Numbered from the stretch's first letter, positions 9,114 through 19,483 are shown. The stretch is DNA of 64,000 bases from an uncultured Spirochaetota bacterium (GCA_963845535.1 CAWJSK010000015.1:160001-224000), one strand, 5' to 3'. The notes: generated by a model from the letters alone, not told the origin. Program-made: numbers and translations.

Positions 9114-10373
9114 AAGGCTCCCCCGCCGGCAGGCTCCTTGTCCCGGCCATCTCGTGTGCTCTCCACGCGCTCGCGTTCCTCCAGTTCGCCTTGCACCGCG
9201 ACCTCTATGGCCTGCCGGCGGAATGGACCAGAGACTACGACCTGCTCCTCCTCGTCTCCTTGGCGCTCGTTGCGGTCATCCACGCGTTTCCTTCCCCGCG
9301 GGTCCGGATCACGGTCGTGGTGGTGCGCATCGTGGTCTTCCTCGTCCTGGGCCTCCCGTTCGGCGGGTTCCTGGACATCCGCTACATGCTGATGTTTTCC
9401 CTGCTCCTGGATCTCAATTCCTGCTTCTCATTCCCGGGCAACGCGGCGCTTTCCGCCGTGGTCATGGCGAGCACCACCTCGTTCCTGCTGCCCGTGAGCG
9501 CTTTCTCCCGCGTCATGCCGGCCCCCGGCTTCCTCGACTGGTCCACGTTTTTTCTTTTCGGTGCATCCTTCGCCGGCCTTCTCATGCTTCTTCGGCGCAC
9601 CTCCGACCTGCTCGGCGAATCCCGGACAAGGACAAGGTCCCTCGATGAAGCCATCAGCAAGCTGATGAGCTCGAGCCGCGATTACCTGGACTACGCGGCC
9701 CGCGTCCAGCGGGAATCCACGGAGCACGAACGGACGCGCATCACCCTCGAGCTGCATGACGTGGTGGGCCAGGCGTTCACCAACGTGTATGCAATGATGG
9801 ACGCGTCTCTGAAGCACCCTGCCGGCAGCCCGGAGGAAATGCGGGAGCTGCACGCGTGGGTGAAGGAACAGGCGAAGAAGGGCTTGAACGAAACGCGTGC
9901 CATCCTCTACGAGCTCCGTTCCATCCGCGAGCGGGAACTGTCCGGGATCCAGGCCATCAAAAACCTCGTCGACACGTTCAGCTTCTCCACGAAGATGCAG
10001 ATCAGGGTGGAGTGGGGGAACCTGCCGTGGGAGTTGGGAGCGGAGCTGGACCAGGTCCTCTATCGCGTGATCCAGGAATCCCTTGTCAATTCGTTCCGCC
10101 ACGGGAATGCCACCGAGATCCAGCTTCATTTCTGGGTGAGTGAAGAGGAGTTGTCGGTCGATATCCAGGACAACGGAACGGGGACCGGCCCGGCCTTCTC
10201 CGGGCAGCAGCGGAGGGGGGGAGGACGGCGCGCGCAAAGGGATAGGCCAGGAGAGTATGGAGAGCCGGGTTGCGGCGGTCGGGGGCGTTGTCACTTTCGG
10301 CGGCAACGGCCGCGGCTACAACGTGCATCTCAGCTTTCCCCAATCCCTCCTCCCGCGGAAGGACCCCCCGTGA
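9110..10373 (+). CDS. Membrane HisKA_3 sensor kinase, frameshifted near G7 tract 10215-10221
   Basis: TM helices, ERTRITLELHD, QESLVNSFRHG, DNGTG. The G2 box (KGIGQESMESRV) lies in the +1 frame, which ends at 10373. Confidence 0.8.
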
Positions 10374-11038
10374 ACATCCTCATTGTTGATGACCAGAAGC
10401 TTTTCACCGACAGCCTGAAAAAGGTCCTTCTCTCGGAGCAGAAGGACGTGGAGAGCATTGCCATTGCCGTGAATGGGCAGGAGGCGCTTTCAGCGCTGGA
10501 GAAGAGCGTCCCCGATGTCATTCTCATGGACATCCACATGCCCGTCATGGACGGCATCGAGGCGACGGGGATCATTCACCAGAAATATCCGCTCGTGAAG
10601 ATCCTCATGCTGACCACGTTCGGATATGACGACTACGTCAAGGCCGCTCTCGAGAAAGGGGCCGTGGGCTACCTGTTGAAGGACATCTCCACCGAGGAGC
10701 TCCTTGCGTCCGTCCGCGCCGCCTTGAGCGGCGTGCGGATCGTCTCACCCCAGGTGCTGGAGGGAATGAGGCGGCCGCCGGGCGCGCATGACGTTCCTGC
10801 GGTGCCGGCCTGGTATGGGGAGCTGACCCCGAGGGAAAAGGACGTCCTCGTGCTCGTCATGAAGGGGTTCAGCAATGAGGAGATCGCGGAAAAGATTTTC
10901 CTCAGCCAGCAGACGGTGAAGAACTACCTGAGCACCATCTACTCCAAGCTCGGCGTCGAGAACAGGTTCCAGGCAATGCGGCTGGCCATGGAGCACAAGA
11001 TCGACGCCATCTCAGGTCCGGAAGCCGCCGGAGCCTGA
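10370..11038 (+). CDS. NarL/LuxR-family response regulator
   Basis: GTG start overlapping the kinase stop; ILIVDD, LMDIHMP, LTPREKDVL, TVKNYLSTIYSKL. Confidence 0.9.
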   Translation: MNILIVDDQKLFTDSLKKVLLSEQKDVESIAIAVNGQEALSALEKSVPDVILMDIHMPVMDGIEATGIIHQKYPLVKILMLTTFGYDDYVKAALEKGAVGYLLKDISTEELLASVRAALSGVRIVSPQVLEGMRRPPGAHDVPAVPAWYGELTPREKDVLVLVMKGFSNEEIAEKIFLSQQTVKNYLSTIYSKLGVENRFQAMRLAMEHKIDAISGPEAAGA

Positions 11039-11076
11039 AAAGTACTTTTGTACCGGTTGAAAGTGACTTCGGTAAC
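11039..11076 (+). promoter_or_regulatory. Candidate response-regulator binding repeats upstream of the sugar ABC operon
   Basis: AAAGTACTTTTGTACC and AAAGTGACTTCGGTAAC, 21 bp apart. Confidence 0.4.
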
Positions 11077-11185
11077 TTCACGGCGCCGCGCCGCGCGGCC
11101 TACCATCCAGACTCGGGGCCGGGGCTGTGCCGCGCGGCAGCGCGGCTGCCCGGCCCGAGAAAAATCGGATCAAGGAGGTCTTGGA

Positions 11186-12460
11186 ATGAGGAAACAGCTT
11201 GTGATTCTCCTGGCCATACTGCTCGTCGGCGGCGCTGCGCTGTGGGCTGGCGGCCAGGGTGAGGGCGGAGGCGCTCCCGTCACCGTCTCCTACATGACCT
11301 GGGACTCGGGAAAGGGCCTGGAGGTCACCCAGAGCGCGGTGGATGCGTTCCAGAAGAAGAACCCCAACATCAAGGTCGAGCTGCAGAGCGTTCCCGAAGG
11401 CTATGATGACAAGGTCATGACGGCCAACGCGGCCGGCAACACCCCTGACGGTCTTCTGATGTGGAACACCTCGCAATTCGCGGAGGCCGGCGTCGTGGCA
11501 AACCTCTCCCCGTACGTCATGAAGGACAACTTCAATATCGCGCAGTACCTGCCGGTGCTGAAGTCCTGGAGCGAGTACAAAGGGGGCCTCTGGGGCCTGC
11601 CCAAGGACTACACGCCCCGCGCCATCTACTACAACAAGAAGGTCTTCGATGACGCCGGGGTCGCGTACCCCCAGCCAGGATGGACCTGGGCTGATTTCAC
11701 GGACATCGCAAAGAAGCTCACCAACGGAAAGACGGGAGCGGCGGCGCGCTACGGATACGTGGCCATCCCTGGTCATACCTACGCCATCCAGTCCTACATC
11801 TGGATGAACGGCGGGGACCTGTGCAGTCTGGACGGGAAGACCGCCACCGGCTATATCAACTCATCGCAGGTCGTGGAGGTGGTGAAATGGTACAAAGGTC
11901 TGTTCGACATGTCCATTTCCACCGGCACCATGGACGCGTACCAGAACCTGGGGCAGACCGAGTTCCAGTCCGGGATCGTCGGGATGATGGACAACGGCAT
12001 GTGGCCCCTGGCCACGTTCCTGGGTGACAAGAGCCTGAGCTTCGGCATCGCGGCTCCGCCGGTGCCCCGCAAGGGCGTCGCGCTCTCACCGGTCATCCAT
12101 AGCGCCACGTGGTCCATGTTCGCGAAGGCCAAGCACAAGGACGCCGCGTGGGAGCTCATCAAGTTCCTGGGAAGCCCGGACGGCGTGCGCATCAACTGCG
12201 CGGCCCACTGGGGCCTCCCTCCCATCCCCGCCCTCGCGGATGAGCTGGGCTTCAACTCCGACCCCAACCTGAAGGCCTTCATCGACATCGGAAACCAGGC
12301 CAAGAAAGCCCCCACGTTCGTGCGCAACGCGAAGTGGTTCGAGGCGGACGCCGAGTTCCAGGCCGCCCTCCAGAAGATCTTCCTTTCGAATGCGGACATC
12401 CAGAGCAGCCTGAACGACGCTGCGGCCCGCATGGACAAGATCCTCCAGGGAACCAAGTAG
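11186..12460 (+). CDS. Carbohydrate ABC transporter substrate-binding protein (CUT1)
   Basis: GGAGG RBS; signal ending ALWAGGQGE; YYNKKVFDDAG, WTWADF, AAWELIKFL. Confidence 0.9.
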   Translation: MRKQLVILLAILLVGGAALWAGGQGEGGGAPVTVSYMTWDSGKGLEVTQSAVDAFQKKNPNIKVELQSVPEGYDDKVMTANAAGNTPDGLLMWNTSQFAEAGVVANLSPYVMKDNFNIAQYLPVLKSWSEYKGGLWGLPKDYTPRAIYYNKKVFDDAGVAYPQPGWTWADFTDIAKKLTNGKTGAAARYGYVAIPGHTYAIQSYIWMNGGDLCSLDGKTATGYINSSQVVEVVKWYKGLFDMSISTGTMDAYQNLGQTEFQSGIVGMMDNGMWPLATFLGDKSLSFGIAAPPVPRKGVALSPVIHSATWSMFAKAKHKDAAWELIKFLGSPDGVRINCAAHWGLPPIPALADELGFNSDPNLKAFIDIGNQAKKAPTFVRNAKWFEADAEFQAALQKIFLSNADIQSSLNDAAARMDKILQGTK

Positions 12461-12467
12461 AAGCTTT

Positions 12468-12490
12468 TCCGGGGGGGCCCGCCCCCCGGA
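12468..12490 (+). terminator. GC-rich stem-loop after the binding-protein gene (attenuator or mRNA stabiliser)
   Basis: TCCGGGGGG/CCCCCCGGA 9-bp stem; no strong U-tract. Confidence 0.45.
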
Positions 12491-12506
12491 TTGCTTGGAA
12501 GAAACC

Positions 12507-13412
12507 ATGAAACAGATCGGCATGGCATCCCGCGAAAGGCTCTCCGGCTACCTTTTCATCTCACCGTGGCTCATAGGGTTCCTTGCATTCTACGCGGGGC
12601 CCATGCTGTTCTCTTTTGCCGTGAGCTTCACGAACTGGGACTTCTTCAAGAACATGACGTTCGTGGGGCTGCGCAACTATTTCCGGATCTTCAGCCCTGA
12701 TGAGGATGCGCTCTCCGGGCTTCGCAAAACGCTCCTTTTCGTCGTGCTGGAGGTGCCGCTTCAGCTCATCGGGTCACTCATCATTGCGCAACTCCTCACG
12801 GAGAAGCTGCGAGGGGCCAACGTCGCCCGCTCCCTCGTCTACCTTCCGGCCGTGATCTCCGACCCGGCCGGCGGCCTGATCTGGCGCTACATGTTCAACA
12901 CGCAGACGGGGATATTCAACTACGTGCTCTCCTTTTTCGGAGCAGCGCCCGTCCACTGGATCGAAGACCCGAACATCGCGCTCTTCTCCATAATCGGGAC
13001 AGGCCTGTGGGCCGTGGGCCAGCCCATGATCCTTTTCCTGGCGGCTCTCCAGGGGGTCCCGACCGTGTTCTACGAGGCGGCGGGGGTGGACGGGGCTTCC
13101 CGGTGGCGGAGGTTCTTCTCCATCACGCTGCCCATGATCTCCCCCACCATCCTCTTGAACGTGGTGATAATCATGATCAACCAGTTCCAGGTGCTCGCGC
13201 CGCTGCTTGTCATCACCTCGGGCGGGCCGGCAAAAGCCACGTACCTCTATTCCTTCGTGGAGTACAACAACGCCTTTCATTTCCTCAAGATGGGGTACGC
13301 ATCAGCCCTTTCGTGGTTCATGTTCGTCATCATGCTGTGCGTCACGCTGCTGCTTTTCCGCTCCTCGCGCAGGTGGGTCTACTCGGAAAGCGGAAAAGGG
13401 GAAATCCTGTGA
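12507..13412 (+). CDS. Carbohydrate ABC permease
   Basis: GYLFISPWLIG; EAA motif YEAAGVDGASRWRRF. Confidence 0.92.
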   Translation: MKQIGMASRERLSGYLFISPWLIGFLAFYAGPMLFSFAVSFTNWDFFKNMTFVGLRNYFRIFSPDEDALSGLRKTLLFVVLEVPLQLIGSLIIAQLLTEKLRGANVARSLVYLPAVISDPAGGLIWRYMFNTQTGIFNYVLSFFGAAPVHWIEDPNIALFSIIGTGLWAVGQPMILFLAALQGVPTVFYEAAGVDGASRWRRFFSITLPMISPTILLNVVIIMINQFQVLAPLLVITSGGPAKATYLYSFVEYNNAFHFLKMGYASALSWFMFVIMLCVTLLLFRSSRRWVYSESGKGEIL

Positions 13413-14305
13413 GCTCTTTGACCGCCGCCGCCCGCACGCGCCGCATCCCCGGGATGAACTGCGCCGCGGGCATCAACGGAACCGGGGGGCCCGCGCGCAG
13501 CACGCTCCTCTACGCGCTCATGGTCGTCGTGTGCGTGGTATTTCTCTTCCCGGTCTACTGGGTGTTCATCAAGTCGATCAACGGGCCCATCGCCATATTC
13601 CAGTATCCGCCGGATATCTTTCCCGCGCGACTCAGCCTGGCTAACTTCCAGAGCGCGTTCGGAAGCTTCCACCTGCAGGTGAACTTCCTCAACACCCTGA
13701 AGATCATGGTGTTCGCGCTGTTCGGCGCGTCCCTTTCCTCCGCCGTGGTGGGATACGGCTTCGCGCGCCTGCGCTTCCGCGGAAGGAACGCCCTTTTCCT
13801 CCTGGTGATTGCAACCATCTTCGTGCCCTGGGACGTGAAGGTGATCCCGCAGTTCATGGAGTTCAGCGCGCTGGGGTGGATCAATACCTACCTGCCCCTT
13901 ATTGTGCCGCTGTGGTTCGGTTTTCCCTTCTATATATTCATCTTCCGCCAGTTCATCACGCAAATCCCCTATGAGCTGGACGAATCCGCCATCCTGGACG
14001 GTTGCAGCAGGGTGGGCATCTTCAGCAGGATCATACTTCCCAACCTCAAACCGCCGTTCATCACGGTGCTCGTGTACGAGTTCGTCCGGGTCTGGAATGA
14101 CTTCCTCGACCCGCTCATCTACCTCAACAAGAGCGACCGTTATACGCTGAGCCTGGGGATCTACCACATGGTCTCCCCGTGGTTCATGGACTGGGGAGCG
14201 CTCATGGCGGCCTCAGCCCTGTCGGTGCTTTTCCCGGTGATCGTGTTCTTCCTGTTGCAGAAATACCTCTTTGGCGGTTTGATACTCTCCGGCCTGAAGG
14301 CTTGA
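13409..14305 (+). CDS. Carbohydrate ABC permease
   Basis: GYGFARLRF, ELDESAILDGCS; GTG start overlaps the upstream stop. Confidence 0.9.
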   Translation: MSSLTAAARTRRIPGMNCAAGINGTGGPARSTLLYALMVVVCVVFLFPVYWVFIKSINGPIAIFQYPPDIFPARLSLANFQSAFGSFHLQVNFLNTLKIMVFALFGASLSSAVVGYGFARLRFRGRNALFLLVIATIFVPWDVKVIPQFMEFSALGWINTYLPLIVPLWFGFPFYIFIFRQFITQIPYELDESAILDGCSRVGIFSRIILPNLKPPFITVLVYEFVRVWNDFLDPLIYLNKSDRYTLSLGIYHMVSPWFMDWGALMAASALSVLFPVIVFFLLQKYLFGGLILSGLKA

Positions 14306-14329
14306 GAGCAGAAAGGCCGGGAGGCGTCA

Positions 14330-15331
14330 ATGTCAGAGGGTCATCTTCCACGGGCTGACCGCTATGATTCCATGAGGTATAACCGATGCGGGAAGAGCGG
14401 GCTGAAGCTGCCCGCGGTTTCCCTGGGGCTCTGGCACAATTTCGGAGGGGAGACTCTCTTCGAGAACGCCCGCGCAATGATCCGCCGGGCTTTCGACCTT
14501 GGTATCACGCATTTCGACCTTGCCAACAACTACGGACCTCCCCCGGGCTCCGCGGAGCAAAACTTCGGCCGGATCCTTCGGGAGGATTTTCGCGGCTATC
14601 GCGATGAGATGGTCATCTCCACGAAAGCCGGCTACCTGATGTGGCCCGGCCCCTACGGCGAGTGGGGATCCCGAAAGAGCCTCCTTGCCAGCCTGGACCA
14701 GAGCCTGGATCGGCTGGGGCTGGAGTACGTGGATATCTTCTACTCTCACCGGCCGGATCCCGAGACTCCCCTGGAAGAAACCATGTTCGCCCTGCACCAG
14801 GCGGTGCGGCAGGGGAAGGCGTTGTATGCGGGCATCTCCAACTACAGGCTGCCTGAGGCCCGGGAGGCCGTCTCCATCCTGAAGAGGCTCGGCACCCCGT
14901 GTCTCATCCACCAGCCGAATTACTCCCTGCTGGACAGATGGGTGGAGGACGGCTTGCTGGACCATCTCCACGCCGAAGGCGTCGGCTGCATTGCCTTTTC
15001 CCCGCTTGCGCGCGGACGTCTCACCGACAGGTACCTGGAGGGGATCCCGGCTGACTCACGCGCGGCAGGGCCCAGCGTTTTCCTGAAGCCGGAAGACATC
15101 ACGCCCGAGCTGCGTGGACGGCTCGTGAAGCTGAATGGGCTTGCAAAGGCGCGGGGCCAGAGTCTGGCCCAAATGGCGCTGGCGTGGGTGCTGCGGGGCG
15201 GCAGAGTCACCTCCGTGCTGATCGGCGCCAGCAAGCCGCAGCAGATCGATGACTGCGTGGAGGCGTTCCGCAATACGGAATTCTCCGCTGAGGAGCTGCG
15301 GCGGATCGACCAGTCACTCGGCGCGGGCTGA
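14330..15331 (+). CDS. mgrA: L-glyceraldehyde 3-phosphate reductase-like aldo/keto reductase (Gpr/YghZ/MgrA type)
   Basis: GLKLPAVSLGLWHNFG, FDLANNYGPPPGSAE, STKAGYLMWPGPYGEWGSRK. Confidence 0.88.
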   Translation: MSEGHLPRADRYDSMRYNRCGKSGLKLPAVSLGLWHNFGGETLFENARAMIRRAFDLGITHFDLANNYGPPPGSAEQNFGRILREDFRGYRDEMVISTKAGYLMWPGPYGEWGSRKSLLASLDQSLDRLGLEYVDIFYSHRPDPETPLEETMFALHQAVRQGKALYAGISNYRLPEAREAVSILKRLGTPCLIHQPNYSLLDRWVEDGLLDHLHAEGVGCIAFSPLARGRLTDRYLEGIPADSRAAGPSVFLKPEDITPELRGRLVKLNGLAKARGQSLAQMALAWVLRGGRVTSVLIGASKPQQIDDCVEAFRNTEFSAEELRRIDQSLGAG

Positions 15332-15345
15332 TCAGGGGAGACCTG

Positions 15346-18039
15346 ATGGTTCGGGAAATCCTGGTCCTTCATCACAGCCATCTCGACGTGGGCTACACCC
15401 ACAGCCAGCCCATTGTCTGGGAGATGCAGCGCGAGTTCATTGACCAGGCGCTCGACATGCTGGCCGGTACCAAGGATTGGCCTCTGTCATCCCAGCCGAA
15501 GTGGACGTGCGAGGTGACCGAGCCCCTCCTGCGCTGGGCGGACCGCGCCGGGGAGAACGATCTGGCGCGGTTCCGGTCATTCCTCGAGGAGGGCCGCATC
15601 GGGATCTCGGCAATGCAGTACAACACCTCGGCCCTGTGCAGCGCGGAAGTGCTGGGCAGGCAGCTTTCACCGCTGCTCGGTCTGCGCTCTCGGTTCGGGG
15701 CGAAGATACGCACGGCAATTCAGCATGACGTCAACGGCGTGCCGTGGCCGCTCGCGGACATGCTGATCGACGCCGGAGTCGAGCTTCTCATCATGGCGGT
15801 GAATGTGGACCATGGGCGCGCGGTGTCTCCCCGGCCCGGCGTGTTCCTGTGGGCAGCGCCGTCGGGCCGTCATCTCATGGTCATGAACGGGAACGCCTAC
15901 ACGATGTTCGACCAGGTCCTCCGCACCTGGGACAACAGCGTGGCAAGTATGAAGAAGGGGTTGTCGGAATACGCGGGTCACCTGGAGCAGATCAGCTACC
16001 CCCATGATTTTCTCTACCTGACAACGACGAACCCGCCGGAAGCCTGGGACAATTCGCCTCCCAATCCGTGGGTGGCGCGTCTCATCAGAGAGTGGAACGA
16101 CACCGTCGGGGATCCCGCCATCCGGTACGTGACCCCCGAGGACCTTCTGGACAAGCTCAAGGGCGTCCCCGTCGCCGCGCTTCCGGTGCTTCGAGGGGAC
16201 TGGACCGACTTCTGGACCTTCGGGTGCGGGAGCACGGCGTATGAGACGGCGGTGAGCAGGCAGGCGCGCTTCACGCTCGAGGCAGCCGACCTGCTTTGGG
16301 CCGCTCGGACCGGCCAGGAGGAATGCGGCGCGCAGAGCGGCACAAGCTCGGGCGCGCAGCCCGAGGGCGAGGACCGCCACGCGCGGCGCGTCAGCGAGAA
16401 TGCGTGGAGCAAGCTCGCCCTGTTTTGCGAGCATACATGGACGCACTGGGACCCCCGCCCGGAAAACCCTCCCGCCCGCGCGCAGTCGCAGCTCAAGGGG
16501 GCTTTTGCCCACGAGGCCCGCGAGCTTGCCGAGTACCTTCTCATCGATGAGCTGGAAGCATTCGCGGGCGGCGAGCTTCAATCCGCGCGCCTGACGCACG
16601 TCCTGGTCGTGAACACCAGCTCCCGAGCGCGCTCCGCGGTCGTCCGCCTGCCGTCCGCGTGGCTCGGCGCCGGCAAGCATTTGCGCGCGCAGCGCTTCAC
16701 GTGGGCATGGCAACGGGATGGAAGGGAGAAGGGCGCCCCGTACGGGCCGATCGACCTGCCCCCCTTCGGCTGGAAAAGGATTCCGGTGGCCGAGCTTGCG
16801 CCGCTGCCGTCCTCCCTGTCCCTGCGTCAGAGGGATGGAAGCGGGAACGAGGCGTTCATCGAATCACCCTTTTACACCGTGACGTATGACCGTTCGACGG
16901 GACAAGTCACCGGCGTACGCGACAAGAGGCTGGGCTGGGAAGTAGTGGCCCCTGACGGGCCGGGGTTCTTTGACATGGTAAGGGAGCGGCCGGACCCGAG
17001 CGTGGATGCAAGCAGGGATGCCATCTACCAGCGGGACCTCGAGAAGGAGAAACTGGACCAATCCTGCTGGAAAACAGAGTGGGTTGCCGAGCGCGAGGGG
17101 CCACGGCAAACCCTTTCCTGCATGGTGTCGAGGGATGAGGACTCCATCACGCTGGAGCGCAGCCTTGCCGGACCCGGTGTGGAGGTCCTCACGCAGAGGA
17201 TCACGCTGCGCTCGGACTCCGATGCGATAGAGCTGGAGGCGACGCTCTGCAAGCGGGATTGCTCAGATCCGGAGGCGGTCTATTTTGCGTTCCCCGTGGA
17301 TCTCCCCCGCGGCTGGCGATGCCACTTCGACACGGCCGGAGTCCCCGTGGAGCTGGATACCGAGCAGCTGCCGGGAAGCTGCAAGGGCTGGATGAGCGTG
17401 GACACTGCGGTGGCGCTGCACGCGCCGGGACGCTGCGTGACGCTTGTCTGTCCTGATTCTACCCTGGTCCAGCCCGGCGGGTTCTTTTTCGGAAGGCTTC
17501 TCAATGAGGTGCCGAGAGGCTCGCGCCCCCTCCTTTTGGCGTGGCCTCTCAACAATTACTGGAATACGAACTTTCCGCTCTCGCAGCCGGGAGTCATCCG
17601 TCTGCGCTACTTCTTTCTCACGTCCGGCAGCTTCGATGCGGCTCGCTCCATGGCCCGCGCGCAGGAACTTATCCACGCTCCCCTGGTGCATCCCGCCTTC
17701 GCTGCGGAAGGCGCTGCCGAGGGAGGTCGCGCCTCGAACGGTCACACTTCGGACGGTCGCGCCCCCGGCAGGGAAGGGAGGCTCCTCCTGGTTGACGCGC
17801 CCCCTGCGGTGCTCGTCAACCACGTGAAGCGCGCCGAGGACGGCAGGGGGGTTGTCGTGCGTCTCATCAACCTTGGCACCGCGGAGACTGTTGCCCGGAT
17901 CCGCCCGGGGAGCGCTCCCGCTGTTCGAGGGTGGGCGTGCGGCACGCTCGAGGATGACAGGCTGGAGCTGCCCGTCGTCAACGGCATGGCGCTCATCACC
18001 CTTCCGCCGCGCCTCCTCATGCTGGCGAGGCTTTGCTGA
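15346..18039 (+). CDS. GH38-like glycoside hydrolase (alpha-mannosidase-like)
   Basis: N-terminal HHSHLDVGYT, DVNG, GDWTDFW, EHTW; C-terminal NNYWNTNF and KRAEDGRGVVVRL. Confidence 0.7.
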   Translation: MVREILVLHHSHLDVGYTHSQPIVWEMQREFIDQALDMLAGTKDWPLSSQPKWTCEVTEPLLRWADRAGENDLARFRSFLEEGRIGISAMQYNTSALCSAEVLGRQLSPLLGLRSRFGAKIRTAIQHDVNGVPWPLADMLIDAGVELLIMAVNVDHGRAVSPRPGVFLWAAPSGRHLMVMNGNAYTMFDQVLRTWDNSVASMKKGLSEYAGHLEQISYPHDFLYLTTTNPPEAWDNSPPNPWVARLIREWNDTVGDPAIRYVTPEDLLDKLKGVPVAALPVLRGDWTDFWTFGCGSTAYETAVSRQARFTLEAADLLWAARTGQEECGAQSGTSSGAQPEGEDRHARRVSENAWSKLALFCEHTWTHWDPRPENPPARAQSQLKGAFAHEARELAEYLLIDELEAFAGGELQSARLTHVLVVNTSSRARSAVVRLPSAWLGAGKHLRAQRFTWAWQRDGREKGAPYGPIDLPPFGWKRIPVAELAPLPSSLSLRQRDGSGNEAFIESPFYTVTYDRSTGQVTGVRDKRLGWEVVAPDGPGFFDMVRERPDPSVDASRDAIYQRDLEKEKLDQSCWKTEWVAEREGPRQTLSCMVSRDEDSITLERSLAGPGVEVLTQRITLRSDSDAIELEATLCKRDCSDPEAVYFAFPVDLPRGWRCHFDTAGVPVELDTEQLPGSCKGWMSVDTAVALHAPGRCVTLVCPDSTLVQPGGFFFGRLLNEVPRGSRPLLLAWPLNNYWNTNFPLSQPGVIRLRYFFLTSGSFDAARSMARAQELIHAPLVHPAFAAEGAAEGGRASNGHTSDGRAPGREGRLLLVDAPPAVLVNHVKRAEDGRGVVVRLINLGTAETVARIRPGSAPAVRGWACGTLEDDRLELPVVNGMALITLPPRLLMLARLC

Positions 18040-18067
18040 TGGACAAATGGGGCCGTCAGGGAAATCC

Positions 18068-18096
18068 TTGACAGCCGTCCGGGCTGCTGTTATTCC
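18068..18096 (+). promoter_or_regulatory. Sigma70-type promoter
   Basis: TTGACA-N17-TATTCC with TGn extension, 34 nt before ATG 18131. Confidence 0.55.
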
Positions 18097-18130
18097 TGAC
18101 TGGAATCCCTGAGACAAGAGGTACCTGAAT

Positions 18131-19387
18131 ATGAAAGAGCTGCTGAAAATCGACGGGAAGGCGCTGGATTCGATCAACGAGTTCCTGCTGGGAAAGGACA
18201 ACCCGGTGATCGACGAGCTGGTCAGGATTGTTGAAAAGCACGGCGGACCGAAGGCAATCAACAAGGCCGCTACGGAGAACGGAAAGCTGGAAAAGCTCCT
18301 GGAAAGAGTGAAGGCCGCGCGTCCCCGTTACGCTGATGACCTTGCCTGGTTGATCGAGCAGAGGGACGGCAGAAAGTTCATTTCGATGGATGCTTTCCGT
18401 CAGAAAGTGGGGGCGCCAGAGCCCCGCAAAGACGCAAGCTACCAGGTGACGCTGGAAATCTCCGCGCTGCAGTATTTTCCCTGGCTCATTGCGCAGGCGC
18501 GGCAGGCCGTGCAGCACGGTGAGCTGATGCCCGGCAGGTTCATCCGCGTACGGGCAATGAAAGAGCAGGAGGATGACGGTGATCTTCCGGCGGTGGCGGC
18601 CGGCATGAAGATCCTGGGCGCCACCTGGGTAGAATCACTCGACACCCGTGGCACTGACGGGTCGAACGTTCACCTGGGCGGTCCGGATACCATTACCGGG
18701 TACTTCGGCGGCGTGGGCCAGCCCAACGACCACCCCTACCGGTGGGTGGAGGAGTACCTGCACTACTACATGGAATACGGCGTCAAGCAGGTCCTCAACC
18801 TCAACGGAGGGACCGTCCTCGCGGGGTATCTGTTGCACAAGCTGGGCGTGGACATGGAGTTCAAGATCTCGGTCTTCATGGGCAACGACAACCCGCTCAA
18901 CGTGCTCTGGACCCTTCTTACGGCGAAGCTCTTTGCTCGTAAGAACGGCAGCACGTCCCTGACAGGGTTCAATCTTTCCAATTCCGCCAACAACTGGACC
19001 ATCGAAATGGCGTCCGGAGCCCGGGCGGCGCTCGGTTTCGAAGACAAGGTGCGCTTCGAGCACCATATCACCGAGACGTGGAAGAGCATAGTCCGTCAGC
19101 CCTACGACAAGCTGGATGAGCTGGTCGAGGTTGCCCAGAAGGTCAGGAACATTTCCGCCAAGCACGAGGGGGGAATCCCCAGCACGGAAGGGAAGCGGGA
19201 GCACGCCTCCGACATCCTCGACTATTTCATGGCGCGCTCGGAGGTGGAGGCGAAGGGCCTCATGCCGGCGATGGAGCGCAACTACCTGGACAAGCATGAC
19301 GCGGTTCAGAGGACAGCCCGGGCGCTTCTGGGGGCCGGGATTCCCGTTCTGGCCGCGCCGACGCTGCACCACAGCTCTGGCTCATAG
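18131..19387 (+). CDS. Conserved hypothetical cytoplasmic protein, probable enzyme
   Basis: 418-aa ORF with strong coding bias; motifs LEISALQYFPW, MPGRFIRVR, TGYFGGVGQPN, FEHHITE, SAKHEGG. Function not recognised. Confidence 0.75.
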   Translation: MKELLKIDGKALDSINEFLLGKDNPVIDELVRIVEKHGGPKAINKAATENGKLEKLLERVKAARPRYADDLAWLIEQRDGRKFISMDAFRQKVGAPEPRKDASYQVTLEISALQYFPWLIAQARQAVQHGELMPGRFIRVRAMKEQEDDGDLPAVAAGMKILGATWVESLDTRGTDGSNVHLGGPDTITGYFGGVGQPNDHPYRWVEEYLHYYMEYGVKQVLNLNGGTVLAGYLLHKLGVDMEFKISVFMGNDNPLNVLWTLLTAKLFARKNGSTSLTGFNLSNSANNWTIEMASGARAALGFEDKVRFEHHITETWKSIVRQPYDKLDELVEVAQKVRNISAKHEGGIPSTEGKREHASDILDYFMARSEVEAKGLMPAMERNYLDKHDAVQRTARALLGAGIPVLAAPTLHHSSGS

Positions 19388-19483
19388 CGGGCCCGGCTCC
19401 GAGGGTGCTCTGGCTCATCGCGGGTCCGGCCCCCTGGGCCGCCCTGGCTCGTAGCGCGCCCGGGCTCCCGCGGCTGCCCTGGC
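19374..19483. repeat. Degenerate tandem repeat, 33-35 bp unit, 3 copies plus a partial one
   Basis: GC(T/C)CTGGCTC.. restarts at 19374, 19407, 19441 and (partial) 19476. Confidence 0.7.

Noticed and set aside
9110..11038. 642-aa hybrid kinase-LuxR protein as a genuine gene
   Set aside because: The G2 box is in another frame and the joining peptide looks out of frame; two genes plus an indel explains it better.
19374..19483. Possible mini-CRISPR array
   Set aside because: Units are similar along their whole length with no unique spacers, and there are no cas genes.
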